64,000 nucleotides of DNA from Candidatus Melainabacteria bacterium 17Bon1m (GTDB lineage Bacteria; Cyanobacteriota; Vampirovibrionia; Obscuribacterales; Obscuribacteraceae). Shown piece by piece: positions 19,151-29,096 of the stretch. The notes below the pieces were generated by a model, which was given only the letters and a program-made list of their open reading frames with translations, did not search any database and was not told the origin of the DNA. The stretch spans positions 1,066,202-1,130,201 of the forward strand of contig JAVLKG010000002.1 of the NCBI GenBank assembly GCA_032128875.1, given 5' to 3'. The translations under genes were made by a program, and so were the position numbers. The stretch's first letter is position 1. Every line of letters starts with the position of its first letter.

Positions 19151-19664
19151 CGACGGTCTTTAGACGACCTTCATTCGTAAAGTACAGCTGGTGATTAACA
19201 GGACCCTGGACATATGGCGAGCCAACAGGCGTGGCCATTGGCATTGAATGGTTCTGCTTGTACCAAGCAGCCAACCATTTCCAGACTTCCATGACCTTCT
19301 GATAGCTGACTTTGGCAAACTTGTTACCCGCCACCCATGCTGCGTCCGCAGCTTCTTCCAGGGACTTGGGAACGGTGATTGTTGTAGTGCGCCCCTGTGT
19401 CTGAACAATTGGAGTAGTCTGTCTGGGTTGGGGGCTCGGCGCCATGTTCGGGACCGTAATCGTAATCGGGCGCGGCATTCCCGGGATCACTGCGGCTATC
19501 TGTCTATGGTTGTTATCGGACTGCTTGTCTACGTGCTTGGCAAGTGATTGTTGTCCGCTGAGGAGGGCAGCAGTCAGGCAGATACCGGCGAGGATATGCC
19601 GACGATTCTTAATGGATATAGACAGTTGCATCTTTTTTGAAATTGCCTTTGCGACCGAAAACAC
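19140..19664 (-). CDS. Hypothetical secreted protein (start uncertain)
   Basis: Signal-like RRHILAGICLTAALLSGQQSLA followed by a Pro/Thr-rich mature part. Confidence 0.55.
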   Translation of the reverse strand: MFSVAKAISKKMQLSISIKNRRHILAGICLTAALLSGQQSLAKHVDKQSDNNHRQIAAVIPGMPRPITITVPNMAPSPQPRQTTPIVQTQGRTTTITVPKSLEEAADAAWVAGNKFAKVSYQKVMEVWKWLAAWYKQNHSMPMATPVGSPYVQGPVNHQLYFTNEGRLKTVVKH

Positions 19665-19902
19665 ACACCAGGGTGCCTTCCGGCGCCGATTATCCCATAA
19701 GAACGTCGTCGAAAGCCGCTCGGCTGGATTATATCTTGATAACCGATTGGTATCTTTGGCCGGATCTTGTCACTGCATCCCCAATTTGGGCGCTTGAATC
19801 TGTCGTAAAGTGTGCTCAATACACTCTTTGGAGCTGCGAGCACTTATGGTAGGATAGGCATAATTCTGGCACAGTTAAGCCAGAGCCTGTGTACATTGGT
19901 TA

Positions 19903-20064
19903 ATGGACGAAACGCAAACTAACAAGTCCAGCTCAGACGACCCCCCTCAGTGGTGCTCGTCTTTTCGTGCGGCAAGTTATACAGCAGCTTTCATATATTC
20001 AAAACTCCGGCTCGTGCAAGGCATACAGCCGGTTTTCCATTTAAGAGCCTTTTGCGACCGATAA
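19903..20064 (+). CDS. Possible 53-aa leader ORF upstream of the CNNM transporter
   Basis: ATG 19903 gives MDETQTNKSSSDDPPQW...FCDR, TAA 20062-20064, ending just before AAGGAG at 20067-20072. Confidence 0.3.
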   Translation: MDETQTNKSSSDDPPQWCSSFRAASYTAAFIYSKLRLVQGIQPVFHLRAFCDR

Positions 20065-20086
20065 ACAAGGAGTAAGCATCCAGCGT

Positions 20087-21490
20087 TTGGATGCGTGATT
20101 TGCCATTCTTCAAATTCTGTGGATTCCAGTTCTAATCATCTTTAACGCCTTTTTCGTGGCGGCGGAGATGGCGCTCGCGCGTGTCAGAAGAACCCGTATC
20201 GATCAGTTGGCCGAAGAGGGCAACCGCGCAGCTATTTTGACTCAACGCGCGATGGAAGATACGGACGGATTTATCTCTGCCTGCCAATTAGGAATCACAA
20301 TCGCAACCCTGTGTTTGGGTGCGGTGGGCGAATCGACGTTTGCTGAAGATCTGGCAAAGCTTGTGGAGAGTGTTTTCTCCGGAGTTATTTCGAGCGCATC
20401 GATTCTCACAGCTGTCAAAGGATTTTGCTACATTCTTGCCTTCTGCGTAACGGCGTTTTTGCAGACAGCATTCGGTGAATTGCTGCCAAAACAGTGGACA
20501 TTCCAGAGAGCCGAGCAAACCATTTTGCTTTTCATCTATCCGATGAATGTATGGTGCTGGATAACACGACCGTTCAACTATGTATTGAAAGGCTTCACTG
20601 AAATTGTGATGCGAGCATGCGGCGTCAAGGATGTGCTGGAGCATGAGCAAGTACACACTGAAGAAGAGCTGAAAATGCTCGTGTCCGAAAGCCATGAAGG
20701 TGGTGTGCTTGAGCCTGAAGAGGAAGAGATGCTGCACAGTGTCTTCGACTTCGCCGAAACCACAGCCGGCGAGATCATGACTCCTCGAACAGATCTTATA
20801 GGTATTGCAGGCAGTGCCACGGTCAAGGCATTCGTTGATGTGGCTCTTAAACACGGTTTCTCCCGCCTGCCCGTATTCGAAGACAATCCGGACAACATAT
20901 TTGGATTGGTGCATATCCGCGACTGTTTGCGTGCGATTCTAGAGCACAAAGAATCAACGAGCGTGGGCGAACTAGCCAGAAAGGTTCTGGTTGTTCCTGA
21001 GAATAAGAGCCTTGGCGATTTGTTGCCGGAGTTTCAAAAGATGAAAACTCACATGGCAATTGTTGTCGACGAGTATGGTGCTACTCGCGGTATCGTCACG
21101 TTGGAAGACTTGCTTGAGGAATTAGTCGGCGAAATCGCTGATGAATACGACATCGTCAAAGAGTATATTCAACCGCAAATCGATGGATCGATCATAATCG
21201 ACGGTAAACTTGACCTTGAAGAAGCGAATGAAAAGCTCGGTTTGAACATCGAAGACGAAGAATTCAACACAATGGGCGGTCACGTTTTTGGCATGCTCGG
21301 TCACGCACCTGAATTGGGCGATGAGATCAAAACAGATGAATACATTCTGCGAGTGGAAGAGTCTGATCGCCGTCGCATCAACAAGCTGCGTCTGATCATG
21401 TTGAAGTCGCCCGTGCCTGCACCAGAAAACGGCACGAGCACAACTAGTAAGAAGCGTAATACGAAGTCAGTGGAGGTTCCTCGCAATTAG
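20087..21490 (+). CDS. Hemolysin-family CNNM(DUF21)-CBS-CorC/HlyC Mg2+/Co2+ transporter-like protein; in-frame TGA at codon 4 of the apparent start
   Basis: FNAFFVAAE, QLGIT, GELLPK, IMTPR, FSRLPV, VVDEYG...GIVTLEDLLEELVGEI.DEYD. Family similarity extends upstream of the track start at 20156. Confidence 0.88.
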
Positions 21491-21521
21491 CGCGACGGAG
21501 ACACCTACAAAAGCCCAACTG

Positions 21522-22343
21522 ATGAAGGCAGCCCGCGTTTTTCATACGAAAAAACGTCTAGGTCAGAATTTCCTCGTTGACCCCGATGTTCTCTCCAGAA
21601 TCGCCGGCGCACTGGAATTAGATTCTACAGATTGTGTCGTAGAAATCGGTCCCGGTCTAGGTTTTCTGACCAGGTTTCTTTCACCTTATGGCTGCCGTAT
21701 CCTTGCAGTGGATCTCGATCGTGAGTGTGTCGAAGAACTCGAGAAAAGCAATTACGAAGGTGTTGAAATCTTTCATCAGGACTTCCTTCAGTTCGATTTG
21801 AATTCTATCGAGTGCGAGTCGCTGAAGGTCGCTGGCAACGTACCGTATCAAATCACTACCCCGATTGTAGCCAGACTATTCGGTGAAATCGGCTCGCCAG
21901 CACCGTGGCTGCCGAAAATCGAAAGCGTTGTTATGACTGTTCAGAAGGAAGTAGCAGAGCGCTTTGTTGCCAAACCCAACAACAAAGAATACAGTCAGAT
22001 TACGCTACTCATCAAATATTTCGCTGAGGCCGAGCTGCTGGAAGTAGTTCCCAAAGATTCATTCGTTCCTGAGCCAAATGTCAACTCCGCCGTTGTGCGC
22101 ATGATACCGCACGAGCGGCCGCCCATCGACTGTGTCGATCACAAATTACTAAGGCAGATTATTCGCGCCGGTTTCAAACAGCGTCGAAAGATGTTGAGGA
22201 ACAATCTCACGTTTCTCAATAAGACACCGGAAGAGTTAGGCAAACTCTTCGCATCCTTAAAGATTGATCCAATGGTACGTGCAGAGCGGCTTTCACTCGA
22301 TCAATTTGCTAAGATTGCCAACGCTGTGACAGCCCTCAGGTAG
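21522..22343 (+). CDS. rsmA: 16S rRNA dimethyladenosine transferase
   Basis: KKRLGQNFL, EIGPGLGFLT, NVPYQIT, F.QRRKMLRN, RAERLS. Confidence 0.96.
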   Translation: MKAARVFHTKKRLGQNFLVDPDVLSRIAGALELDSTDCVVEIGPGLGFLTRFLSPYGCRILAVDLDRECVEELEKSNYEGVEIFHQDFLQFDLNSIECESLKVAGNVPYQITTPIVARLFGEIGSPAPWLPKIESVVMTVQKEVAERFVAKPNNKEYSQITLLIKYFAEAELLEVVPKDSFVPEPNVNSAVVRMIPHERPPIDCVDHKLLRQIIRAGFKQRRKMLRNNLTFLNKTPEELGKLFASLKIDPMVRAERLSLDQFAKIANAVTALR

Positions 22344-22346
22344 AGC

Positions 22347-23345
22347 ATGCAGTTAGAGACAGAACTGAAAGCAGTCGTAAAATCGCCTGCCAAAGTAAAT
22401 TTGACTTTCGACGTCACGGGTGATTTGCCAGGTGGATATCATTCCATCGTTTCTATTTTTCATTCCATAACCCTCGAAGATGTTCTCAATTTGCAGATAG
22501 CACAGGGTGTCAGTGAAGAAGTCGAGATGGAGCTCACTGCCGAATTCCTTGGAGAGCCAGGTGCGTTTCCCCTTGACCAAAACAATTTAATTGCAAAGGC
22601 AGCTAAGGCATTCAACGTCGCTACGGGACTATTGAAAAACAGATTTCTTCGCATTGCAGTGAAGAAGCAAATTCCGATTGGCGCCGGCTTAGCAGGTGGC
22701 AGCTCTAACGCCGCTGCGATTCTTGTTGCATTGAATGATCTTTTCGATGAACCGTTGAAAGAAAAAGAACTGTTGGAAATTGCCACTAATCTTGGTGCAG
22801 ATGTTCCCTTTCTGATAAAAGGCGGTACACAACTCGGAAAAGGCAAAGGAGAAATATTGACGCCGCTCGTAATGGACGAGCGCTTTGCGTTTGTGGTTGT
22901 AAAACCGCGTCAGCTAGCTATTTCCACGCCATCTGTTTTCGCTGCATATGACAAATGGGTAGCAGAAAAAACACCGGAGTGGAGACCTTCAATCGATCAT
23001 CAAAAGACGATTGATGCTTTGGCGAGCGGAAATCTGGAAACGGCGACTAAGTCTTTTGCAAATGTCTTTGAGCCGATCGTTTTTGACATGTATCAATCCT
23101 TGTCCTTAATAAAGCAGCGTTTGCTGGAGCTTGGCTGCTGGTCTGCACAGTTGAGTGGCAGTGGTCCTAGCATTTTTGCAGTGGTTGCGAATCTGGAAAT
23201 GGCTCATATGATTCGACGCAAGTTCAAAGAAGAGGAAACTCGTGGTGACAGCCTTTGGTTAAAACGAGAAGGCTGGGAAATTGATTGTTTTATCGCTGAA
23301 TCAAGTGGAAGTGGCGTTGAATTCTTGAAAGAGGGGCTTAACTAG
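22347..23345 (+). CDS. ispE: 4-diphosphocytidyl-2-C-methyl-D-erythritol kinase
   Basis: PAKVNL, KQIPIGAGLAGGSSNAAA, LGADVPF, LSGSGPS. Confidence 0.96.
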   Translation: MQLETELKAVVKSPAKVNLTFDVTGDLPGGYHSIVSIFHSITLEDVLNLQIAQGVSEEVEMELTAEFLGEPGAFPLDQNNLIAKAAKAFNVATGLLKNRFLRIAVKKQIPIGAGLAGGSSNAAAILVALNDLFDEPLKEKELLEIATNLGADVPFLIKGGTQLGKGKGEILTPLVMDERFAFVVVKPRQLAISTPSVFAAYDKWVAEKTPEWRPSIDHQKTIDALASGNLETATKSFANVFEPIVFDMYQSLSLIKQRLLELGCWSAQLSGSGPSIFAVVANLEMAHMIRRKFKEEETRGDSLWLKREGWEIDCFIAESSGSGVEFLKEGLN

Positions 23346-23346
23346 G

Positions 23347-24213
23347 ATGGTGAAGAAATCATCGGAATCAGCGAAAAAGCCTTTGGCTAAGATAATAAAA
23401 GCGAGCGCAAAATCGAGTTCACGCAGTTCGAAATCTAGTTCCAAACCAAGTTCCAAACTGGGTTCTAAAGCGAACTCGAAGGTCAGCGCCAAGGCTAAGA
23501 CTGAAAAGACACTACTAAAGTCCAAAGCGAAAGCTGATTCAAATCCAAAGACAAAAGCAATTAGAAGCGAGAAGACGATAAAGCTGGTTTCAAAAGCGAC
23601 CGCTCATGAAATGATGGCGCGTTTGAGAAAGCTGTATCCCGACGCTGACTGCGAGTTGAATTTCGAATCTGCTTTCCAGCTTCTCACGGCTGTAATTATG
23701 TCTGCACAAACGACTGATGTTCAGGTCAACAAAGTCACCGGCAAATTGTTTTCTAAATTTCCTACTGCAAAAGATCTTGCCGAAGGCGACATAGAAGAGA
23801 TTAAGGAGATAATCAAACCGACCGGCTATTACAACGCTAAAGCTCAGAGCATTCAGACTTGTGCGCAACAACTGGTGACGCGGTTTGGTGGTGTGGTTCC
23901 GCAAACCCTGGAAGAGTTGACCACGTTGCCCGGCGTTGGAAGAAAGACGGCAAACGTTGTCCTTGGGGTCGTGTTTGGTGAGCGTGGTTGGACTGTAGAC
24001 ACTCATGTGCAGCGCATTACTAAACGCCTGGGTCTAACCAAGAATGATGACCCTTACAAGATTGAATTGGATTTACAAAAGCTATTTCCTGACGACGATT
24101 GGTCTCTTCTGTCCATAACGATTATTTGGCATGGTCGCCGCATGTGTTTTGCACGAAAGCCTGACTGTCCCGCTTGTCCGCTCAATGAAATTTGTCCGAG
24201 CAGCGAAGTCTAA
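23347..24213 (+). CDS. nth: Endonuclease III with Lys/Ser-rich N-terminal extension
   Basis: SAQTTD..VN, HhH motif LPGVGRKTANVV, VDTHV.R, 4Fe-4S motif C.ARKP.C..CPL...CP. Confidence 0.95.
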   Translation: MVKKSSESAKKPLAKIIKASAKSSSRSSKSSSKPSSKLGSKANSKVSAKAKTEKTLLKSKAKADSNPKTKAIRSEKTIKLVSKATAHEMMARLRKLYPDADCELNFESAFQLLTAVIMSAQTTDVQVNKVTGKLFSKFPTAKDLAEGDIEEIKEIIKPTGYYNAKAQSIQTCAQQLVTRFGGVVPQTLEELTTLPGVGRKTANVVLGVVFGERGWTVDTHVQRITKRLGLTKNDDPYKIELDLQKLFPDDDWSLLSITIIWHGRRMCFARKPDCPACPLNEICPSSEV

Positions 24214-24233
24214 TTGTGAGGTAGGCTGGAATC

Positions 24234-25487
24234 ATGAGTAATCAGACGCCTGGCGGCTCCCCGCTCCCCAAAAGAGAATTTCGTCCTGCCAAGCCAAGCC
24301 CATGGCTGATAAAGGCTGCACAAAAGTTTGTGCAGGCGGAATTGGCGCTGAAATACAAGCTTCATTTGGCTGACGAGGATCTTGAAATAGTTCGCAAGCT
24401 GCCGCCTGGCGCCGGTGTTATTTTGATTCCGAATCATGCTGATGAAACAGACCCGCGAATTTGCCTAGAACTTTCGCGCCGAACCGGTAAGCGTTTCATT
24501 TCGATGTGCAATCGTGAAGCTTTCGATGAAATTTACGGTGCCGCAGGATGGGCATTGCAGCGGCTCGGGCATTTTTCGGTTGAAAGAGGGGCGCATGACA
24601 GTTCTGCAAAAGAGTTTGCCATTGAAACCGTACAGAAGGGCGAAGAAGTCCTGGTTATTTTTCCTGAGGGAGAAATCTTCTATTTGAACGAAGTCGTTCA
24701 AGCGTTTCACAGTGGTGCAGTTGAAATCTGCATGCAGGCGATTGTTGATAAACGAAAGAGTGATCCGAACTTCACTGCATTTCTTGTCCCTATGGCGATC
24801 AAGTATCACTACAATGAGCCGATTGAAAATCTCATTCTTACACGCATTGAGAAGATGGAAGCACGTCTTTCAATCAAGGAATATGCACCGACTCTTGCTG
24901 GACGGTTGCATCAAATTCAAAAGACATTGTTGGAGCGCGAGCAGGCGGCATACAAAATTCAGATTGAAACAACAGGGCAAGAAGATCTCTACCAGGAAAT
25001 TGTGGAAACTGAAAATGCCATCATCAGCCAGGTGGAAGAAAAACATAAAGCAATGCCAGTTTCCCAGTCTCACCTTATCGATCAGTCATGGCAATTGAGC
25101 GCAGAACTAAAAGAAGATCTTGCAGCGCAAACAGACGTTGCTGTGAAGAAAGAGTTAGAACAAGACATTGACGCTCTGCGCGAAGTTGCGCAGCTCTCAA
25201 GCTGGCGTCCGGAATACTACGGTGACGATACTTCGCTCGACCGGCTTGCTGAAGCCCTAATGAAGATGGAGAGAGAACTCTATAGAATTAAGCGTCCAGC
25301 ACCACTTACGACACGCGATGTGTATATCAAACTTGCGGAACCCATCGACCTTTCAAATGTGCTTGCTGATTATCTCCAAGATGCGAAATCTGTGCGCCAT
25401 AAATTGACTAATGATCTTCATGAGCAAATTCAAGAATTGGTCAATCAGCTAGTGCAAAAGGCAAAAAGCTTTGGCAGGCGAAAATAA
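24234..25487 (+). CDS. Glycerolipid acyltransferase (PlsC-like, cyanobacterial long form)
   Basis: PNHADETDP (NHx4D), FSVERG, IFPEGE, P.AIKY.Y. Confidence 0.85.
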   Translation: MSNQTPGGSPLPKREFRPAKPSPWLIKAAQKFVQAELALKYKLHLADEDLEIVRKLPPGAGVILIPNHADETDPRICLELSRRTGKRFISMCNREAFDEIYGAAGWALQRLGHFSVERGAHDSSAKEFAIETVQKGEEVLVIFPEGEIFYLNEVVQAFHSGAVEICMQAIVDKRKSDPNFTAFLVPMAIKYHYNEPIENLILTRIEKMEARLSIKEYAPTLAGRLHQIQKTLLEREQAAYKIQIETTGQEDLYQEIVETENAIISQVEEKHKAMPVSQSHLIDQSWQLSAELKEDLAAQTDVAVKKELEQDIDALREVAQLSSWRPEYYGDDTSLDRLAEALMKMERELYRIKRPAPLTTRDVYIKLAEPIDLSNVLADYLQDAKSVRHKLTNDLHEQIQELVNQLVQKAKSFGRRK

Positions 25488-25511
25488 TCCGAAAGCGATA
25501 GACTGCTTTAG

Positions 25512-26444
25512 ATGCGGAAATTTTTTCACTTAATTTTTAATCTCTGTCTGCTCATACTAGCAGCGCTGACTGTTGCTAGTTTCCTTGGAAAATACAACTT
25601 TATTTGTGAGTTGCTTAGTCATTTTCGCCCATACTTTTGTCTTTCAGCGTTGGCGGTGATGTTGTTGCTTTTCATTGCAAAGGAGAAGCGTTCAGCGTTC
25701 GTTGCTCTTTGCTTGTTACTCCTGAATGGCGTGCAAGTTCTTTCTCTCTACCTTCCATATTCGACCGTAAGCGCTTCAAGCGCTTCTCGAGTCAAATTTT
25801 TGCAGATGAATATTTGGGGTGGTAAGAATCGTAATTATGATGCCGTTGTCTCCGAGATCCGGAGTGAGAACGCAGACATCGTAGGTATTTCGGAAATTAC
25901 TCAAGGTTGGTGGGCGGTTCTTCAACCCAAATTGAGAGATTATCCTTATCAGGTTGTAGAGCAAAGTTATGGCGGCATCTGCCTCGTTAGTCGCCTCCCA
26001 ATTAAAGATGGTCGGGTAGAGCATTTTGGCAAGCTAAAACGACCACGCATCGTTGCTAACGTTCTCATAAAAGATCGATGGGTGAAGGTTATCTTTGCCC
26101 ATCCAGTTATACCGATGCGACACGTCGGCATGAGAGATGGCGAGTTGGCAGCAATTGCTGTCGATGCACGATCTTCATCCGCGCCGGTAATTCTCGCGGG
26201 AGACTTAAACTGCACTCCTTGGTCTTATTTTTTTTACAAGTTAGAGCGCGACGGCAAATTACGCGACACTGAAAAGGGCTTTGGCTATCAGCCTTCGTGG
26301 AGTATGTTTCAGCCATTGCCACTCTTTTGTATTGATCACTGCCTTGCCAGTGCTCAGTTTTCAACTGTAAAACGCTACAACGGACGTTTCGTGGGCTCCG
26401 ATCACTTACCGGTTATCACCGAGCTGAGTTTGCAGTCCTTGTAG
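25512..26444 (+). CDS. Membrane-anchored endonuclease/exonuclease/phosphatase-family protein (YafD-like)
   Basis: Three N-terminal TM helices, ELLSHFRP, AGDLNCTPWS, IDHCL, GSDHLPV. Confidence 0.88.
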   Translation: MRKFFHLIFNLCLLILAALTVASFLGKYNFICELLSHFRPYFCLSALAVMLLLFIAKEKRSAFVALCLLLLNGVQVLSLYLPYSTVSASSASRVKFLQMNIWGGKNRNYDAVVSEIRSENADIVGISEITQGWWAVLQPKLRDYPYQVVEQSYGGICLVSRLPIKDGRVEHFGKLKRPRIVANVLIKDRWVKVIFAHPVIPMRHVGMRDGELAAIAVDARSSSAPVILAGDLNCTPWSYFFYKLERDGKLRDTEKGFGYQPSWSMFQPLPLFCIDHCLASAQFSTVKRYNGRFVGSDHLPVITELSLQSL

Positions 26445-26565
26445 TTTTCTCTATTCAATCAGCGTGTTGCTCAGGTTTTCTGACCAATTAAAAAGACGAT
26501 TCCTTTGCCTTCTCGCGTGTCATCTTTTGGTACACTCGGTTAAATTAGGGTGAGTGGGCATTTGA

Positions 26566-27582
26566 GTGAGTCAGAAAAGCCTGATAGCTAGCCGTTATAC
26601 GTCGCTTGCATTAGCCGTATATATGCTTGGCGTATGCGCGCCGACTTTCGCGCAGACAAGCCAAGAATCATCTGTCATAGAAGGCAAACGGTTTAAACAA
26701 TATGAAACCGTCGAATCACCTAACAGCGAAAATTTGCCTCCTGTTCTATTGCAGGTAGCTAGATTCACCGGCGCTCTTCCAATTATGAAAGAGATTGAAG
26801 TGCTGCAGTCTGATTTGAAGCAAAACAGTCCTGCAGCGTTTGACCCGCTGGCGACTCTAGCGAAGCGGCAGAAGTTGGTTTATTTAAGAGAAAAGCTGAA
26901 TAACGTACTTGAAACTTCCAACTTGGAAGTGAATGCTGCCCGCGGTCAAATTGAAGGTCTCATGTCTGAAGTGCAGACGCAGCAAGCGAAGATGGTTGAA
27001 AAACGAGCGAGGACGCTGCGTCGCAACACAATAATCAACTTTGTCTCTGGTGGTATTACAAAATTAGTTGGCTACTCGATTGCATTGGGGGGCAACGACA
27101 CTACTTCGAACATTTTGGAGATTTTTGATGGCGGTGTTCAGTGTGGTTTGTCTGGCACTGTCATCAAAGATCTACACTCTGAGAGTCGTGTGGTCGGCAG
27201 GATGCCTGTGATGCTCACGCAGCTAGAGCGTGCAGACGATCCTGACGGCGTTTATCCACGTCAGGTTTGGAATTATTTGAGCGAATCGTCATCCGGTGAC
27301 GTTGGTATGCCACGGCGCCAAGAGCTTACAAAAAATTGGGAGAGCAGAGGCTTTTACGAGCATCACACAAAGTTCAAAAACCTCAAAGAGAATTCCAATT
27401 TGCAAGGCAATCTTGCGTTAGCTAGAATCACTCCCCAATTGTTGGACGACCGGCAAGCAATGTTGTCTGAATTGCGATCGGCTGTTTCAGAAATGCACGA
27501 GAGCTTGATGGAGTTGAGCCTGAGAATCAAGCAATCGTACAAAGATGATCCATCTTTCGACTGGCCGATTGCCGCTCAATAG
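26566..27582 (+). CDS. Hypothetical secreted helical protein, paralog of 47054-48061
   Basis: Signal peptide, coiled coil, NFVSGG hairpin, YP.QVWNYL, LL..RQAML..L.S.V..M. Confidence 0.7.
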   Translation: MSQKSLIASRYTSLALAVYMLGVCAPTFAQTSQESSVIEGKRFKQYETVESPNSENLPPVLLQVARFTGALPIMKEIEVLQSDLKQNSPAAFDPLATLAKRQKLVYLREKLNNVLETSNLEVNAARGQIEGLMSEVQTQQAKMVEKRARTLRRNTIINFVSGGITKLVGYSIALGGNDTTSNILEIFDGGVQCGLSGTVIKDLHSESRVVGRMPVMLTQLERADDPDGVYPRQVWNYLSESSSGDVGMPRRQELTKNWESRGFYEHHTKFKNLKENSNLQGNLALARITPQLLDDRQAMLSELRSAVSEMHESLMELSLRIKQSYKDDPSFDWPIAAQ

Positions 27583-27605
27583 GCAATTTGATGCCTAAAC
27601 TGTGC

Positions 27606-29096
27606 TCAATAAGTGCAAGTTAGAGCCTGCATTTTTGCAGATGCTTGGAGGTATTCAACTTGAGCATCGACAAGTTTTATCTTGGCGTCAAACAATTGAC
27701 GTTCGCGCTGAGTTACAAGAAATACTGTACTGTCGCCGAAGTTGAAACGCTTTTTCTCACCCACATAAACAGCTTCCGACTTTTCTACTTGCTTGGTGAC
27801 TGCAAGAAATTTTTGATGCGACGCATTGAGAGTTGCCGCTGCGCTCATCACCTCTGCCACCAGGCGCTGTCTTTCTGAAATTTCTTCAGCGTTTAACGCA
27901 TCAATATTGAAGTGTGCGGACTTTATTCTTCCTCTCGCATTGCGCAAGTAAAGGGGAGAGCTGAAGGTGACCTGGGTGCGAAATACGTTGCCAACTCCTG
28001 AAATACCGCCGTCATATCCATAGGTAGCGAGTGCGTCGGCTTGAGGCAGGAGATCATTTCTGGCAAGCTTCAATTGCAGTTTGGCCTGCTCTTTTTCCAA
28101 TGCAATTCGCTTTAACTCTGGACGGCGGTCAACTGCCTTCCGCACGCTTTCATCAATCTCAGCAGCGGTGAACTCTTGAGGCGTAGGCCACAATTGAGGA
28201 ACATTCATTTCATCAAGGAATGGAGCCGGTCTTCCACTGCTATCAAATAGATAGACGGCTAATTCGTAAGTCGCTTTTTTGAACTCAAGCTCTGCAGCAA
28301 TTTTGTCGGCGGTCCGTCGCTGGAAATCTTCCTCTGCTTCCGTGACTTGAATTTTCGGCAAGTCCCCGGCGCTTGAACGCTTGTCTGCTGCCGAGACGAG
28401 AAATTCGGATAGTTGTACAAGACGTCGTGCGACCTGCATTTTTCTCTGAGCCCCGACCCAATTCCAGTACGCAATGTTGGCGCGCAACAGAATGTCGAGA
28501 CGATTGAGCGAAAAAGCTTGAGTTGCAACTGGCTCGCCAATTTTGGCCAATTTTTCGTTTGTCTCACGCTCATTGATTATAAAGCCGCGCAAAAGCGGAA
28601 CAGCAACACCACCTCCAAACTCGCCTATAAAGCCTGTTTCAATGTAAGGTGATTGCGATGTTCTTGGATTGAAACGATAGGTGCCAAGTAAACTTATCCC
28701 AGAGCGAGTGGGAATTTCGATTGCTGGCTGGTTATAGATTACTCTCTTGAGAGTGTCGAATTTCGATGTGTTTTGCATCCACGCATAACCGTTGAGCGTT
28801 CGGATTACGGGATCGAATACTCCTTGCACTTCCATGCGCCGCGCAGAAGCAACTCGTCGGCGCGAGTCCGCCGCGTCTATGCGCGGATAATTGTTGTCGA
28901 CAGCTGAAAGAAAAATCGATGGCGTGAGGATCGTACCGCCTTGTGTGATCGTTATTGAATAGTCCGCTTTCGTTCTGGCACGTGGGGCAAAACCAAGCGG
29001 TTCATAAATGCCGTCCGCGCATTGAGCAGGCATGACTGAGCAGGTCAGGGACCAGACGAGAAGCAAAGCAAGAACAACGCGAAGGGGTTTCATCAA
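27606..29096 (-). CDS. TolC-family outer membrane channel
   Basis: Signal peptide, G.FDP, VPLLRG, AYWNWV.A, RPEL, GDSTVFLV..RE. Confidence 0.9.
   Translation of the reverse strand: MMKPLRVVLALLLVWSLTCSVMPAQCADGIYEPLGFAPRARTKADYSITITQGGTILTPSIFLSAVDNNYPRIDAADSRRRVASARRMEVQGVFDPVIRTLNGYAWMQNTSKFDTLKRVIYNQPAIEIPTRSGISLLGTYRFNPRTSQSPYIETGFIGEFGGGVAVPLLRGFIINERETNEKLAKIGEPVATQAFSLNRLDILLRANIAYWNWVGAQRKMQVARRLVQLSEFLVSAADKRSSAGDLPKIQVTEAEEDFQRRTADKIAAELEFKKATYELAVYLFDSSGRPAPFLDEMNVPQLWPTPQEFTAAEIDESVRKAVDRRPELKRIALEKEQAKLQLKLARNDLLPQADALATYGYDGGISGVGNVFRTQVTFSSPLYLRNARGRIKSAHFNIDALNAEEISERQRLVAEVMSAAATLNASHQKFLAVTKQVEKSEAVYVGEKKRFNFGDSTVFLVTQRERQLFDAKIKLVDAQVEYLQASAKMQALTCTY

Noticed and set aside
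20096-20098. TGA as evidence of code 4/25 reassignment or selenocysteine
   Set aside because: Many genes here end at TGA at their expected C-termini (for example dprA and the helicase), and the position is not a catalytic Cys site.
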